This document shows, piece by piece, positions 41,161 to 51,199 of a DNA stretch of 64,000 nucleotides (positions are counted from its first letter, which is position 1; every line of letters begins with the position of its first letter). The stretch is from an uncultured virus (IMG/VR IMGVR_UViG_2860317346_000001). Taxonomy: Duplodnaviria; Heunggongvirae; Uroviricota; Caudoviricetes. The stretch lies in the IMG/VR virus record IMGVR_UViG_2860317346_000001, positions 1 through 64,000 of that record; one strand, given 5' to 3'. The position numbers and the translations under genes are program-made. The notes beneath the pieces were generated by a model that had not been told where the DNA came from, ran no database searches, and saw only the letters and a list, made by a program, of their open reading frames with translations.

Positions 41161-42345
41161 TTAGACTATACGTGTCATCGTCATATTCAAAAACAAATCA
41201 GCATAAGTAGTTTCCGTAACTGAGCCAGAGCCATCTACAAGATACGATAACGTTAAATCTTCTAAAGAATAGTTTTTAGGTATAATCATAGTTTTATCGT
41301 AAGTTTGGTTCAATAAGTCAACATTACAACTATCAATAACGTTATCGGATGAGTCTTTGACAGTTACCGTGCAGTTTAATTGTGTTATACCAGTAAGGTC
41401 ACCAACGATTATTTCTGGCGTTAATATACAGTCGAATAACCCATCGCCGTCAAATTTAAATGATTTTTCTTGCAAGTTATCATTTTCATTCAGCGGTGAA
41501 ATGAATTGATAAACTGCTTTATCCTGGAGTGGATTGTGGTTTATTATATTTTCATACTGATATAGTTTAATTGGTCGCATATTATTCGTTTTATCCAATA
41601 ACAACACGAATGAACTTTGTCGCTCAAAAGCTACACCAACGTTACTAGTTATGATGGTCTGGATATTATCTACGGTAGATGATGGTGATAACCATGTACC
41701 CATACCACCTAATGGTACGGCAAATGTGGCTGTAGATGTATTATACATAGCATTTACAGATAAATTAGCTGTAGCTGGAGGTTTGTATTCTGATGTTATA
41801 AAGGCACAATCGGTTAATTCCGGTCTGGACACATTATACGTTTGTGATGTCGAAGTTTCACCAAGTATACATGATTTATACGTTCTATCCGGCTCAAGAA
41901 TGTAATAGCCACCAAGGTACACGTAAGGCACCGGATAACTCCAACAACCGCTTTTATAATTATCGAATGCGAATGAAAACGATGTAGCTCCGTCTGGAAT
42001 CTTATGTAAAACTATAAATGATGTAGAACCACCACTTCTAAAAGATACGCTACGTGAATTTGTAGACTCAATAACAGCTCCACTAGCATTACGAAACTGA
42101 ATATACATTTTAACTGTAGATGTATAACCGGAACAATTCGTACCGCCGAATTTACCGCCCATATACAGGTATTTACCATTAAATGTATTTTCTATTAATG
42201 GTACGGTAAATGCTCCAGTGTAAACATTACCAAATGAACGGTAAACGGACGACGTGAAATAGTCAACGGCTCCTTTATGTGAAAACCCATAATCTGCAAA
42301 TTCCATAGCTGAGTTCTCAAAAGTTCGTTCTAATAATATCGGCAT
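41161..42345 (-). CDS. Putative virion structural protein
   Basis: 394-aa S/T/G-rich beta protein in the tail module. Confidence 0.65.
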   Translation of the reverse strand: MPILLERTFENSAMEFADYGFSHKGAVDYFTSSVYRSFGNVYTGAFTVPLIENTFNGKYLYMGGKFGGTNCSGYTSTVKMYIQFRNASGAVIESTNSRSVSFRSGGSTSFIVLHKIPDGATSFSFAFDNYKSGCWSYPVPYVYLGGYYILEPDRTYKSCILGETSTSQTYNVSRPELTDCAFITSEYKPPATANLSVNAMYNTSTATFAVPLGGMGTWLSPSSTVDNIQTIITSNVGVAFERQSSFVLLLDKTNNMRPIKLYQYENIINHNPLQDKAVYQFISPLNENDNLQEKSFKFDGDGLFDCILTPEIIVGDLTGITQLNCTVTVKDSSDNVIDSCNVDLLNQTYDKTMIIPKNYSLEDLTLSYLVDGSGSVTETTYADLFLNMTMTRIV

Positions 42346-42349
42346 AACG

Positions 42350-42724
42350 TTACACCTCCGATTGTGTTATACTTATGGTAGCTTGTGGTGTACTGTAAGT
42401 TAATGATACGTTTTCATCATACGCCTCCATTTCTAACGGCGGGTAAATGTTAATCGTGTGTTGACTTATAATGAACGTTACGGTTTGTTGACACAATTCA
42501 ATAACATCATCACTTACGACGCTGACTTCATCAGTTATATTTACATTTTCAGATACAACGTTTGGTGTTTCTGGTAGATTCGATTTATCTAACATATTAA
42601 CGAGTAAAACGTCTTTTTTTAACCCAGGTTTCATTTCAAGTATACCATCCGGGTCAACTTCAAATACAACACCATACTCCGAATTCAGCTCATTAACTTG
42701 ATTACTATTAACCTTTACCATCAT
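42350..42724 (-). CDS. Hypothetical tail-module protein
   Basis: 124-aa coupled ORF. Confidence 0.65.
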   Translation of the reverse strand: MMVKVNSNQVNELNSEYGVVFEVDPDGILEMKPGLKKDVLLVNMLDKSNLPETPNVVSENVNITDEVSVVSDDVIELCQQTVTFIISQHTINIYPPLEMEAYDENVSLTYSTPQATISITQSEV

Positions 42725-43719
42725 TACACCTCGTTATATACCGTAATTATAGGTTCATTTTCAGTAATAGGTTTAACGAGGAGATAATCGTAATAAACAT
42801 CACCTGAAAGATTGATAAACGCTAACTGCGTGCTAGCAAATTCACATTCGTATTCCATATCTAATTCTAACGCATCGCAAATGAGTTTTATCGAATTTCC
42901 AGATTTTTTAACCGTTATTGTGTAAAATGTATTATAACTAACAACGTTGTCGTTGAACTGGTAAAATGCATCAGCTGCAAGATATCTAATGAGTACACCG
43001 TTATGATAATCAGGTCTAACGGATAAAGCTATAAAATTGTTATCGTCAATGTAAACCGGAGCAATATTGATACCTTGTTCGGATGCAACGTAACCTGTGT
43101 TTACAAGTTTAACTGACGTTTCGAGCTCATAATCAGTTAACGTCGGGGTTATAAACGCCGACGAAGTGTACGGGTTCGATGTTATACTTGAATGGTAAAA
43201 TTCGTCACCAACGATATACCAGTAATCTGTTGTGGTCCAGTTATCATCGGATATAGTAAAATCATCAAACGTTGGGAAAACCGCAGTACCATCAGATACA
43301 GCTTCTAATAGCTTATTTCCGTAGTACATTATTAGTAAATCCTCACCCGGGTCCATCGTTAGCTTTGTCCATATGTCAGTTTGTGCGGTTCCAAATGTTG
43401 CTGTGTTTATCCATATTGGTAACTGTATACCATCCTTATAAATACGAATATCAGAACCATCAACGTTTACTTTACCATCACTAATTAAATCGGTCGTATC
43501 TAACGTTATTTTTACAGGATAATTATCTAATGCGTCGTAAGTATTAATTTTGATATATCTTTTGTATTCTGTTTTTTCAATAACACTTTCGACTTTTCGA
43601 ATAATCACTTCGGTTGGTTTCGTGCCGTACTTTAATTCTGGTACGACTTCTTTATGGTCAACGTAAGCACCATATGGGAAATTAACTGGAAGTGATGTCT
43701 CTTTTCCGTTTACACGCAT
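42724..43719 (-). CDS. DUF2341-domain virion protein
   Basis: NYPVKITLD...DGSDIRI...LPIWI...IWTK...MYYGN...G.AVF.TFDDF. Confidence 0.82.
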   Translation of the reverse strand: MRVNGKETSLPVNFPYGAYVDHKEVVPELKYGTKPTEVIIRKVESVIEKTEYKRYIKINTYDALDNYPVKITLDTTDLISDGKVNVDGSDIRIYKDGIQLPIWINTATFGTAQTDIWTKLTMDPGEDLLIMYYGNKLLEAVSDGTAVFPTFDDFTISDDNWTTTDYWYIVGDEFYHSSITSNPYTSSAFITPTLTDYELETSVKLVNTGYVASEQGINIAPVYIDDNNFIALSVRPDYHNGVLIRYLAADAFYQFNDNVVSYNTFYTITVKKSGNSIKLICDALELDMEYECEFASTQLAFINLSGDVYYDYLLVKPITENEPIITVYNEV

Positions 43720-44744
43720 TAGAACTCACCACGTACCTGTTTTTCCAACGTAAATGTGAATGGAAAAGTTTTAACGTTGGTCCTTAATGGGACCTCAACT
43801 ATAACTTCAGGTGCTGGTGCGAGTAACTGTGCTAATTCGATTTCGGTTAAATCTTTAGCGATTATAACACGTTTAACGCAACCGTTGAAATAACTACCAT
43901 CGTTGTACCTGCCGATGTAATAATTTTCATCGTTGGTATAATCCGTGGTATTCGCTATAGATACAATTTTACTTTCTAAATCGGTGTGAAGTGTAGCTAA
44001 ACTATTAGCTTTATCATTAACTAGTATAGCTTTATGTGATTCACCATCGGTGTACGTATAATCTGTAACGATGGACGAAGAACCTAATTCGCTATAAACG
44101 TCACCAGCCAATTTACCCGGCTCTACACCTTTAACCTTAATTAAACCAATATGATACGATGCACCTGAACCATACGGACTTAATATATGTTGGTCAGCCG
44201 TATTTAGTGTACTGAATTCTACAAATTGAACGTATTTACACTCCGTATCACCAAACATCGTTTGAGTCGTCGGTAATTGTATATAACTCGTTCCAACAAA
44301 ATTAGCACCCGTTTCGTCGTATACAACATCATAATCAATCGCGTTGTGTCCGTTTAACCCAACATCGATAGGTAATCCTGTAGCGTAAAACGGATAAATC
44401 GCAACGAATTTATCACCGAATGTATCAGCCCATGAGCTCGTGTTTTCTATGATAACATCAGAATAATATGCCATGTTTAATACGGTAAATTCAACCGGTG
44501 AAATATACGGAACTTTAACGTATACTAATGCGGTTTTGTTTAGTGTGTCAACGTTTGCCACGTAATGACTACATACGGTTTCACCGAACGTAAACTGAAT
44601 ATCTGAGAAATCCGGTCGCATCGTTACGAAATTCAAGTTAGATGAGTCAAATAAAATTGGTATAACGTAATCGGTTAATTCGTACGCATTGGGTTTGATG
44701 ATAATTCTTTTATTATAGACAAAATCGACCATAGGTCTCACCAC
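43719..44744 (-). CDS. DUF2341 + LamG virion protein
   Basis: LTDYVI...RPDFSDIQF...VYVKVP; YIGRY...YFNG. Confidence 0.82.
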   Translation of the reverse strand: MVRPMVDFVYNKRIIIKPNAYELTDYVIPILFDSSNLNFVTMRPDFSDIQFTFGETVCSHYVANVDTLNKTALVYVKVPYISPVEFTVLNMAYYSDVIIENTSSWADTFGDKFVAIYPFYATGLPIDVGLNGHNAIDYDVVYDETGANFVGTSYIQLPTTQTMFGDTECKYVQFVEFSTLNTADQHILSPYGSGASYHIGLIKVKGVEPGKLAGDVYSELGSSSIVTDYTYTDGESHKAILVNDKANSLATLHTDLESKIVSIANTTDYTNDENYYIGRYNDGSYFNGCVKRVIIAKDLTEIELAQLLAPAPEVIVEVPLRTNVKTFPFTFTLEKQVRGEF

Positions 44745-44772
44745 GCTCGCGGTAATAAAAAAAGAAAAGCAA

Positions 44773-45258
44773 TTAAGCTATTTGTGTAGCTGCGTAAATT
44801 TCGTAATCGTCACCTTCAAGAACTTTATCTTGAACGCGTGTGAAGATTTCCTGCTTTGCAGCCATAGCTGCTAACATGTCAGCGTGTTTATTTGCAACCG
44901 CTAAACCTGTACCAACTGGCATCATAGTTTGTGTTTCTGGATGCGTTGTCTGTAACACCATAACACCACCATCGGGGTTTTTAAGTAAATAAACCTCACC
45001 GTTTGGTGGTATAGGGTGCTGTTGTTTAACTTTATCAGCTGGTGCACCATTAATAGGACTTACTTGGTCCCATACTTCAGGTACAAATTTAGCTCTATGT
45101 TTTTCAAACGTTGCGTCTTCATCGATTGCATTGTACGCAGTTTCAATTGTAGCTTGTAACGCTTTTATTCCGCATTTAGCTAATTCTTTCTTTAATTCTG
45201 AAATTGAAATGTACAAGTATTCCTGTACGTAATCTGGAAGTGTATTTGAATATACCAA
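44773..45258 (-). CDS. Phage tail-associated hypothetical protein
   Basis: WDQVSPING...GEVYL motif; GGTGA RBS. Confidence 0.6.
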   Translation of the reverse strand: MVYSNTLPDYVQEYLYISISELKKELAKCGIKALQATIETAYNAIDEDATFEKHRAKFVPEVWDQVSPINGAPADKVKQQHPIPPNGEVYLLKNPDGGVMVLQTTHPETQTMMPVGTGLAVANKHADMLAAMAAKQEIFTRVQDKVLEGDDYEIYAATQIA

Positions 45259-45300
45259 TCTATCACCGTATCTGAAACGGTCCTAGATGATATATAAAGT

Positions 45301-46362
45301 TTATTTATATACAAAAAACGAAGTAATTACACAATCGGGGATATCAATCGTAGCACCCTCGGAATACATTTCATTTGGTGCGGAAATTCCAGTTCCTGTA
45401 CCACCAACACTGTAGAGCTTGCCGTCAATCGTGAAACAGATACTTGCATATTTTGCGGTAGGCATCGGCTCACCTATAACCCATGTATTCGTAATAGTAT
45501 CGTAAATGTAATGCCAATCATGCTGTGATACGGAATCGTATCCACCTACAATATGTATTTGGTCAGCTATTGAGCTACCGGATGCAGCAGCTATACCTAC
45601 TGGCATCGGTGTTTTCGTGGACCACGTGCGTGATACGGCGTTGAATGCTTCGTTGGTAGATTTAAGTGCGCTATCAATCCAACCGAAACCACCAATCATA
45701 TACCCGTTAGCACCAACGACACCTAAAGCGCAGGATGTACGCGATACCGACATGGCTACTCCGATGTTACCGTTATCATCGTTTGTGGTTTTAATGTAAA
45801 ACGTACGGCTATAACGTAACGCGAAAGCTTCATTTGAATATGTAAAAGCGTGACCGTGGGTGTAGTTTGTACCATCATCTAACCAACCTAAATAACTCCA
45901 GACGTCTAACGTTGTATCGTATTTATAGATGTATCTACAATCGCTAGTTGAACCGGTACTACCGCCAATGGTGATAATGTAATTATTATAACTGGTTACC
46001 ATCATATAACGATAACTTAACGGGCAGTCCGTTTTATTCGTCCATGTGTCGGTTATGGAATCATACATACAATTCAAATTCTGATACGTGGTACTATCAC
46101 CACCAAGTACGTACGCACACGACCCAACTACACCTACATCGGAATATTTACGATGGATTGGTATCGGTGTCTTTGTAACCCAGCCGCCGGCTCCGGCCTG
46201 TTCGGGTATTTCGATATTTTTAGCAACGGTTGAATCGTAATATTCACCATTTATAAGTGCGGTATTACGCAATTTACGATTACAGTCCACGACGGCGGTT
46301 GTGTCATTCTCAACGACAGCTTCTCTGAAATGTTTAATGATGGCGTGACGGGGTATTCTCAT
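45301..46362 (-). CDS. Kelch-repeat protein
   Basis: Repeats YVLGG...YD..TDTW, IHIVGG...YD..TNTW...MPT. Confidence 0.88.
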   Translation of the reverse strand: MRIPRHAIIKHFREAVVENDTTAVVDCNRKLRNTALINGEYYDSTVAKNIEIPEQAGAGGWVTKTPIPIHRKYSDVGVVGSCAYVLGGDSTTYQNLNCMYDSITDTWTNKTDCPLSYRYMMVTSYNNYIITIGGSTGSTSDCRYIYKYDTTLDVWSYLGWLDDGTNYTHGHAFTYSNEAFALRYSRTFYIKTTNDDNGNIGVAMSVSRTSCALGVVGANGYMIGGFGWIDSALKSTNEAFNAVSRTWSTKTPMPVGIAAASGSSIADQIHIVGGYDSVSQHDWHYIYDTITNTWVIGEPMPTAKYASICFTIDGKLYSVGGTGTGISAPNEMYSEGATIDIPDCVITSFFVYK

Positions 46363-46368
46363 ACTCTA

Positions 46369-46833
46369 TCACACCGTAGGTACAGTTACTTTCGTTTTAT
46401 TCTGTAATACGAAACTTTCATCGTACACATAGGTTGTAGTCGACGTGTTTCCTGTAACAGCGTTCACTTCAACCATAGTTTCCATGTCACCATTAACATT
46501 GTATGTGAAAGTTGTAGTTCTAACAACCACATCTGATATTTTTTCGGTAACCGTTTGAATGTTACCATCCACATCGTACCCGTATTCAGTATAATCTGGG
46601 TCTAACGGTAGTAACGTAACATCAGCTTTATCGGCTAAAGCTGTAATGAGTGCATCAATTGATGCTTTCAAGGTATCTGCGTTTTTCGCACCGTTAGATA
46701 TACGTTTAACCATAAAATCAACGTACGGTGCAGGTAGCATTTCACCGACAACGATATACTCTTCGTCCGGCATCACACCTTCTTTGCTGTATTCAAATGC
46801 TTGATTTTCGATAAAAGTCATTTTGGACCACAC
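46369..46833 (-). CDS. Tail-module protein with YD-like repeats
   Basis: YDVDGNIQT, TFTYNVNGDM, TYVYD. Confidence 0.65.
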   Translation of the reverse strand: MWSKMTFIENQAFEYSKEGVMPDEEYIVVGEMLPAPYVDFMVKRISNGAKNADTLKASIDALITALADKADVTLLPLDPDYTEYGYDVDGNIQTVTEKISDVVVRTTTFTYNVNGDMETMVEVNAVTGNTSTTTYVYDESFVLQNKTKVTVPTV

Positions 46834-46840
46834 TCGTTGA

Positions 46841-47386
46841 TTATACTAACGTTCCACCAATAGTCCTATCTAAATCGGATAAACCTGCAGACTCATCGTA
46901 TATACCAGGTATATCTGATAGATACAACGTTCCAGCGATTGCACCCGAATCATTGATGGTTATGGGAGTACCGATATTCGCTTCTAAGGAGCCGTAATAA
47001 AGATAAAAAACGTTAGGGCCGGTATTTACTTTCATATTAACGTAAAACATTGCATTTTTCACATCGATATAACTATCAAGTAGGTTTCCTTCAGAATCAA
47101 TACAGTAGATATCAGTCCTACCGTAGAGTTCGGTAGATTCATAAATGGTAGTTAAATCATAATACGCGTAATCAGCATCGGTGTAATCTGCTGTAAACGA
47201 TAATATGTAACGATATAATGATTCACCGTAAGCTTCAACATCGTTTAAGCTTCTTATACTAATGTACGCCGTATCACCGGAAAAATTAACGTTAAACTCA
47301 CTAGATATACGCAAAGCGTCAATATAGTGGCCATCGAAAACCATAGGCGTTTGTTTGGTTCTATTGTGTATTACCATATGGACCAC
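46841..47386 (-). CDS. Tail-module protein, degenerate DUF2341-like
   Basis: DIY.IDSEGNLL.SYI...FYLYYG. Confidence 0.6.
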   Translation of the reverse strand: MVHMVIHNRTKQTPMVFDGHYIDALRISSEFNVNFSGDTAYISIRSLNDVEAYGESLYRYILSFTADYTDADYAYYDLTTIYESTELYGRTDIYCIDSEGNLLDSYIDVKNAMFYVNMKVNTGPNVFYLYYGSLEANIGTPITINDSGAIAGTLYLSDIPGIYDESAGLSDLDRTIGGTLV

Positions 47387-47413
47387 CGGAAAAAAGGATA
47401 ATGTTGTAAATGG

Positions 47414-47530
47414 TTATACAAGGTAGTAAACTACCCGTACAATCCAAATATTCACACCTAATTGAACTGATATTTCATCAATCGTTTTACCTTCTGTCTT
47501 TAACGCTTTAACGTCGGAATAAAGTGACAC
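47414..47530 (-). CDS. 38-aa HTH-like microprotein (not in the ORF track)
   Basis: Manually translated MSLYSDVKALKTEGKTIDEISVQLGVNIWIVRVVYYLV; GGTGA RBS, GTG start. Confidence 0.75.
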   Translation of the reverse strand: MSLYSDVKALKTEGKTIDEISVQLGVNIWIVRVVYYLV

Positions 47531-47540
47531 GGTAACTCAC

Positions 47541-47657
47541 CTAAACGTTTTTATAAATAGGTCTTATAATCCAGATACTCGTTTCGAGTAAAACAGCAAT
47601 CTGTTCGGCTGTTTTACCTGAAGCTTTCAATTCTTTTACACGTTCAATTAATTCCAC
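47541..47657 (-). CDS. 38-aa HTH-like microprotein (not in the ORF track)
   Basis: Manually translated MELIERVKELKASGKTAEQIAVLLETSIWIIRPIYKNV; GGTGA RBS, GTG start. Confidence 0.75.
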   Translation of the reverse strand: MELIERVKELKASGKTAEQIAVLLETSIWIIRPIYKNV

Positions 47658-47666
47658 TTTATCACC

Positions 47667-48020
47667 TTAAATAAATTCAGTAATAGCGTAACCTGTAAGT
47701 GTTTTAACCTGTTCGCTTAAATTCGCAAATTCAGCATACAATAACGCTTTACTGGTTTCGGTAATATTTTCATCGACAAGTTTCATTTGAATCGCGATGA
47801 TTTGTGATAACAACACTTCCAATTTAGCTTCATCATCACTTCTATCTTCCACCATAACAACCGCGTTTGTGGTAGCGGTAGGTTTTAACCCACTAATATC
47901 GGCACGTATAACTTCATATCCCTTCAAATCGTATTTAGGGATAGTAATTATGATGTCACCGTTAGTAGCCGTTTCAACTTTACCGTTTATCGATTGGAGA
48001 GTTTTAGGTACTATTTTCAT
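47667..48020 (-). CDS. Hypothetical tail-module protein
   Basis: 117-aa ORF, GGTGA RBS. Confidence 0.65.
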   Translation of the reverse strand: MKIVPKTLQSINGKVETATNGDIIITIPKYDLKGYEVIRADISGLKPTATTNAVVMVEDRSDDEAKLEVLLSQIIAIQMKLVDENITETSKALLYAEFANLSEQVKTLTGYAITEFI

Positions 48021-48031
48021 CAGATGTCACC

Positions 48032-49765
48032 TCAGACTGTCTGGAACTCTGCGTTTATTAATACTTCACCGTAACCTTTAACGACACCAGCAACGGTTGT
48101 TGAAGCATCGGTTGCGGTCGTAACTACTATAACATCGGTTTCTGCGGCGTTATCAATAAATTTGAAATTATCATTCAACGACCTTAACGTCACGGATGTG
48201 GCTAATCTATTGTTCGTGTAATCGTAAGCGTCAACTAGACAAGATGTCGAAATATCGCTACCGGTGAATAAATACTCGGTTTCGGTTGTAGTTACACTAA
48301 CACGTAGCGGTATGTTTGAATTGAATACTTCAACTGCCCCAGAATTTGAACAAATGTAAATGGTATCAGCTGAATCTATACCTATTCCAGCGTAATCGGA
48401 AGTTAGTGGACCATACACAATATACTCTTCATTTTCGTAATCGTAACTTGCTAATTTTGCGGTTGATTCGAAACATAATATTATTTCACTGTAATCACGT
48501 TTCACCGGAAGCATACCACGTAAATCGGTAAATTCGGTCGAATCCCATTCAATTTTACTTAAAAGTGTCATGGTATGAGCTCTACCCGTAAAGGTATCAC
48601 CGGATGTTCTTAACATCGAAGGGTCTTCTACCCAATCGAGTTCGAATACGAGTAAAATATCATAAGATAACGCAGCACTTGTAGATACAATACCGACTCT
48701 TTGCTTATGGTGTGTAACATCTTCGATAACTTCAGTCCACGCGTCACCAATTCTAAACGATAAACCGTGGTTACCGTAGGCTGAATGGTTATATGGCATT
48801 TCGATATATTTTTCTTTAGCAATCTGAATCTGTTCAAGTTTTTGTTCAGCGGTTAACAGTTCATCGGCATTAATTACATCAATCTGGTCTTGAACGAATG
48901 AATCTGGAATGATTGGTCCGAATTCGGAGTAATGCCAAGCCGTGTTTAATGTCATATTCGTTAAATGGTCGATGTTAACGTATCTATATTTAAGAATCTT
49001 TGTGGTACCATCTAAACCAAATTCACAAAATGGTTGAACCGTATGTACACCATTTGTGTCAACTTCTGGTGAGAAAGGTTTACATGTCAAACAACCCGAC
49101 CCAGATGTGCTGTAAACGTTATCGATAGCATTATACGTGGTTCCATCGTATTTTTTGTAAACCTGAACATAATGCTTGTTTCTACCATAACCGGATGTAT
49201 CAGCACTTGTACTGTACGTGGTCATGGTACTGTATAGTAAATAATTTTCATCTTCATACAAAATAAAAGCTAACCCGGGTGCGTTATCGATATTGATTAA
49301 ATTCGCAGCCTCGTTTGTAACTGTGTTGAGTCGTAACACACGTGTATCATGGTCATCGTATAACCCTGTCATGTACACGTAATCATCTTCACGATTGGAC
49401 GGTACTGTGTTACTGAAATAACCCTTATAATCGTAAGACCTTATGGTTTCAAATGACTCAGCGTCAAGTGTGTAAATCGTGTCACCATTATCGTAGTAAT
49501 ATGAGTTTACATCTTTTCTAAGACAACGCGTTAATCGCGGTGTCAAATCTTGAACCTCGGTACACGCGTACCGATTATACCTAACCGATGTATTACTAAA
49601 AGAACGACCGAATTGAAAATAGAACGAAGCTCGTGTCATTGATGGGTGCATAGAAAACGGTATAGGTATTCCTGTAGCTTTATCAAACACCTGGCCATCA
49701 AAAACTATACGGTCGTCATATTCAATACCGACAACGTCACAAAGTTTTTTGTCAAATAATTTCAT
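48032..49765 (-). CDS. Putative beta-propeller + Ig-like tail protein, paralog of 51200..52744
   Basis: C-terminal EY.F.GS......V.A..Y...L...V.L shared with 51200. Confidence 0.72.
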   Translation of the reverse strand: MKLFDKKLCDVVGIEYDDRIVFDGQVFDKATGIPIPFSMHPSMTRASFYFQFGRSFSNTSVRYNRYACTEVQDLTPRLTRCLRKDVNSYYYDNGDTIYTLDAESFETIRSYDYKGYFSNTVPSNREDDYVYMTGLYDDHDTRVLRLNTVTNEAANLINIDNAPGLAFILYEDENYLLYSTMTTYSTSADTSGYGRNKHYVQVYKKYDGTTYNAIDNVYSTSGSGCLTCKPFSPEVDTNGVHTVQPFCEFGLDGTTKILKYRYVNIDHLTNMTLNTAWHYSEFGPIIPDSFVQDQIDVINADELLTAEQKLEQIQIAKEKYIEMPYNHSAYGNHGLSFRIGDAWTEVIEDVTHHKQRVGIVSTSAALSYDILLVFELDWVEDPSMLRTSGDTFTGRAHTMTLLSKIEWDSTEFTDLRGMLPVKRDYSEIILCFESTAKLASYDYENEEYIVYGPLTSDYAGIGIDSADTIYICSNSGAVEVFNSNIPLRVSVTTTETEYLFTGSDISTSCLVDAYDYTNNRLATSVTLRSLNDNFKFIDNAAETDVIVVTTATDASTTVAGVVKGYGEVLINAEFQTV

Positions 49766-49767
49766 GG

Positions 49768-49914
49768 TTATTCCTCGTAAGTGGTATTAATTGTGTATCC
49801 GTCAACGTCAGCGACGTCGGTTTCACCGACGCCGTTCGTTGATATCTTGGTTATTACAATCGTTTCATTTTCAATTTTTACGATGACTTGGTCATCCTTT
49901 ATTTGCATTTCCAC
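49768..49914 (-). CDS. 48-aa small protein (not in the ORF track)
   Basis: MEMQIKDDQVIVKIENETIVITKISTNGVGETDVADVDGYTINTTYEE; GGTGA RBS; fills the gap exactly. Confidence 0.65.
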   Translation of the reverse strand: MEMQIKDDQVIVKIENETIVITKISTNGVGETDVADVDGYTINTTYEE

Positions 49915-49924
49915 AACTATCACC

Positions 49925-50878
49925 TTATATGGTGTACATGTTGATGTATAATTTCAAATCGAAAGTAGTACCATCGTCGAATACAACTGTAATTTCGTGT
50001 AAGCCGGGTTGACTTAATTTACACTGCAACGTGCTGCCACTAAACTCGATAATATTCGGTGAGATACTAATTATCTCTTTAGGGAATTTTACTGTAATTA
50101 ATGTATTTACCGATGATATCAGTGTTATAGCGTTCATAGCCATATCCGTAATCTCATAAGTCTTAGCTCTCGCGTCGGACACCTGAGCAGGATAAACGTC
50201 AACGTTAATCTTCTCATACAAACGTTTCGATACCGATTCTATCAAACGGGTTTCACAGGTTAATTCATTTACAAAAGCCGTATCAGTTATAAATTTAGAT
50301 GTATCAATGTTTATATCAACCAAATCTACGGTCGGGTTTACCATGAAATGTAATTGTGATTTAACCGGCACGTATGATTTAGAGCAACTAAATTCACGTA
50401 CATTAGAAACCTTAATTTTTGAAATCGTATTTGATGGTACGTTAAATTCGGGGTATTCAAATTCGTTCTGTTTTACAAAAAACCTATAATAGAACGGCGT
50501 TTGATTTGTAACCGGTACATCAGTTTTATATTTTACCGTGATGGGGTTATTTGTAGGTTTCATTACAACTACAGCCGACACGTCATCGTTCGATGATGCG
50601 CGTTTAAATTTAGATTTTGGTAACACAAAGTTTATACCCGAACTAATAACACCATATACGGTCGCACCGGCTGTAGCTACATCCTTAACCTGTAATACCA
50701 GATTACAAACGATGGAACTGGTTGTAGCCGATAAACACCGTGTAGTTTCCGGTAATACATTTACCGTATCCATAACAGTTGATGTCCCACGACTTTTCGA
50801 TTTGAATAGCTGCCGAACCGAACCCACATTAAACTTAATGACCTGGTGTGCGGTTTCACGAACGCTATCCTTCTTCAT
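49925..50878 (-). CDS. Hypothetical tail-module protein
   Basis: 317-aa coupled ORF. Confidence 0.65.
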   Translation of the reverse strand: MKKDSVRETAHQVIKFNVGSVRQLFKSKSRGTSTVMDTVNVLPETTRCLSATTSSIVCNLVLQVKDVATAGATVYGVISSGINFVLPKSKFKRASSNDDVSAVVVMKPTNNPITVKYKTDVPVTNQTPFYYRFFVKQNEFEYPEFNVPSNTISKIKVSNVREFSCSKSYVPVKSQLHFMVNPTVDLVDINIDTSKFITDTAFVNELTCETRLIESVSKRLYEKINVDVYPAQVSDARAKTYEITDMAMNAITLISSVNTLITVKFPKEIISISPNIIEFSGSTLQCKLSQPGLHEITVVFDDGTTFDLKLYINMYTI

Positions 50879-51186
50879 CTAATCACCAACTCCGAATATA
50901 CAAGTTTAACATCGGTCGAACCTATAATGTCTATACGGTGGTTAAATTTAGAATCGAGCGCAATAACGAAGTCAGAAATTAACATGTCGGCGTCAACGTT
51001 TATGACATTAAGGTCGGTATTTGTGATTTTAATGTGTACAGTAGCACTTTGTCTAGTGATAGCTAAGGTTAGCGAATCAACGGGCAGCGTGATATAATCG
51101 GTTACGTTTAAACTGGTATCGGTTACCGTGCCAACGTCAACGGTCTGTACCATCATACGACCTACGCTAGTTTGTTTTTTCTTCAT
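50875..51186 (-). CDS. Hypothetical tail-module protein
   Basis: 103-aa ORF, GGTGA RBS. Confidence 0.65.
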   Translation of the reverse strand: MKKKQTSVGRMMVQTVDVGTVTDTSLNVTDYITLPVDSLTLAITRQSATVHIKITNTDLNVINVDADMLISDFVIALDSKFNHRIDIIGSTDVKLVYSELVIR

Positions 51187-51199
51187 GTGTTATCACCTT

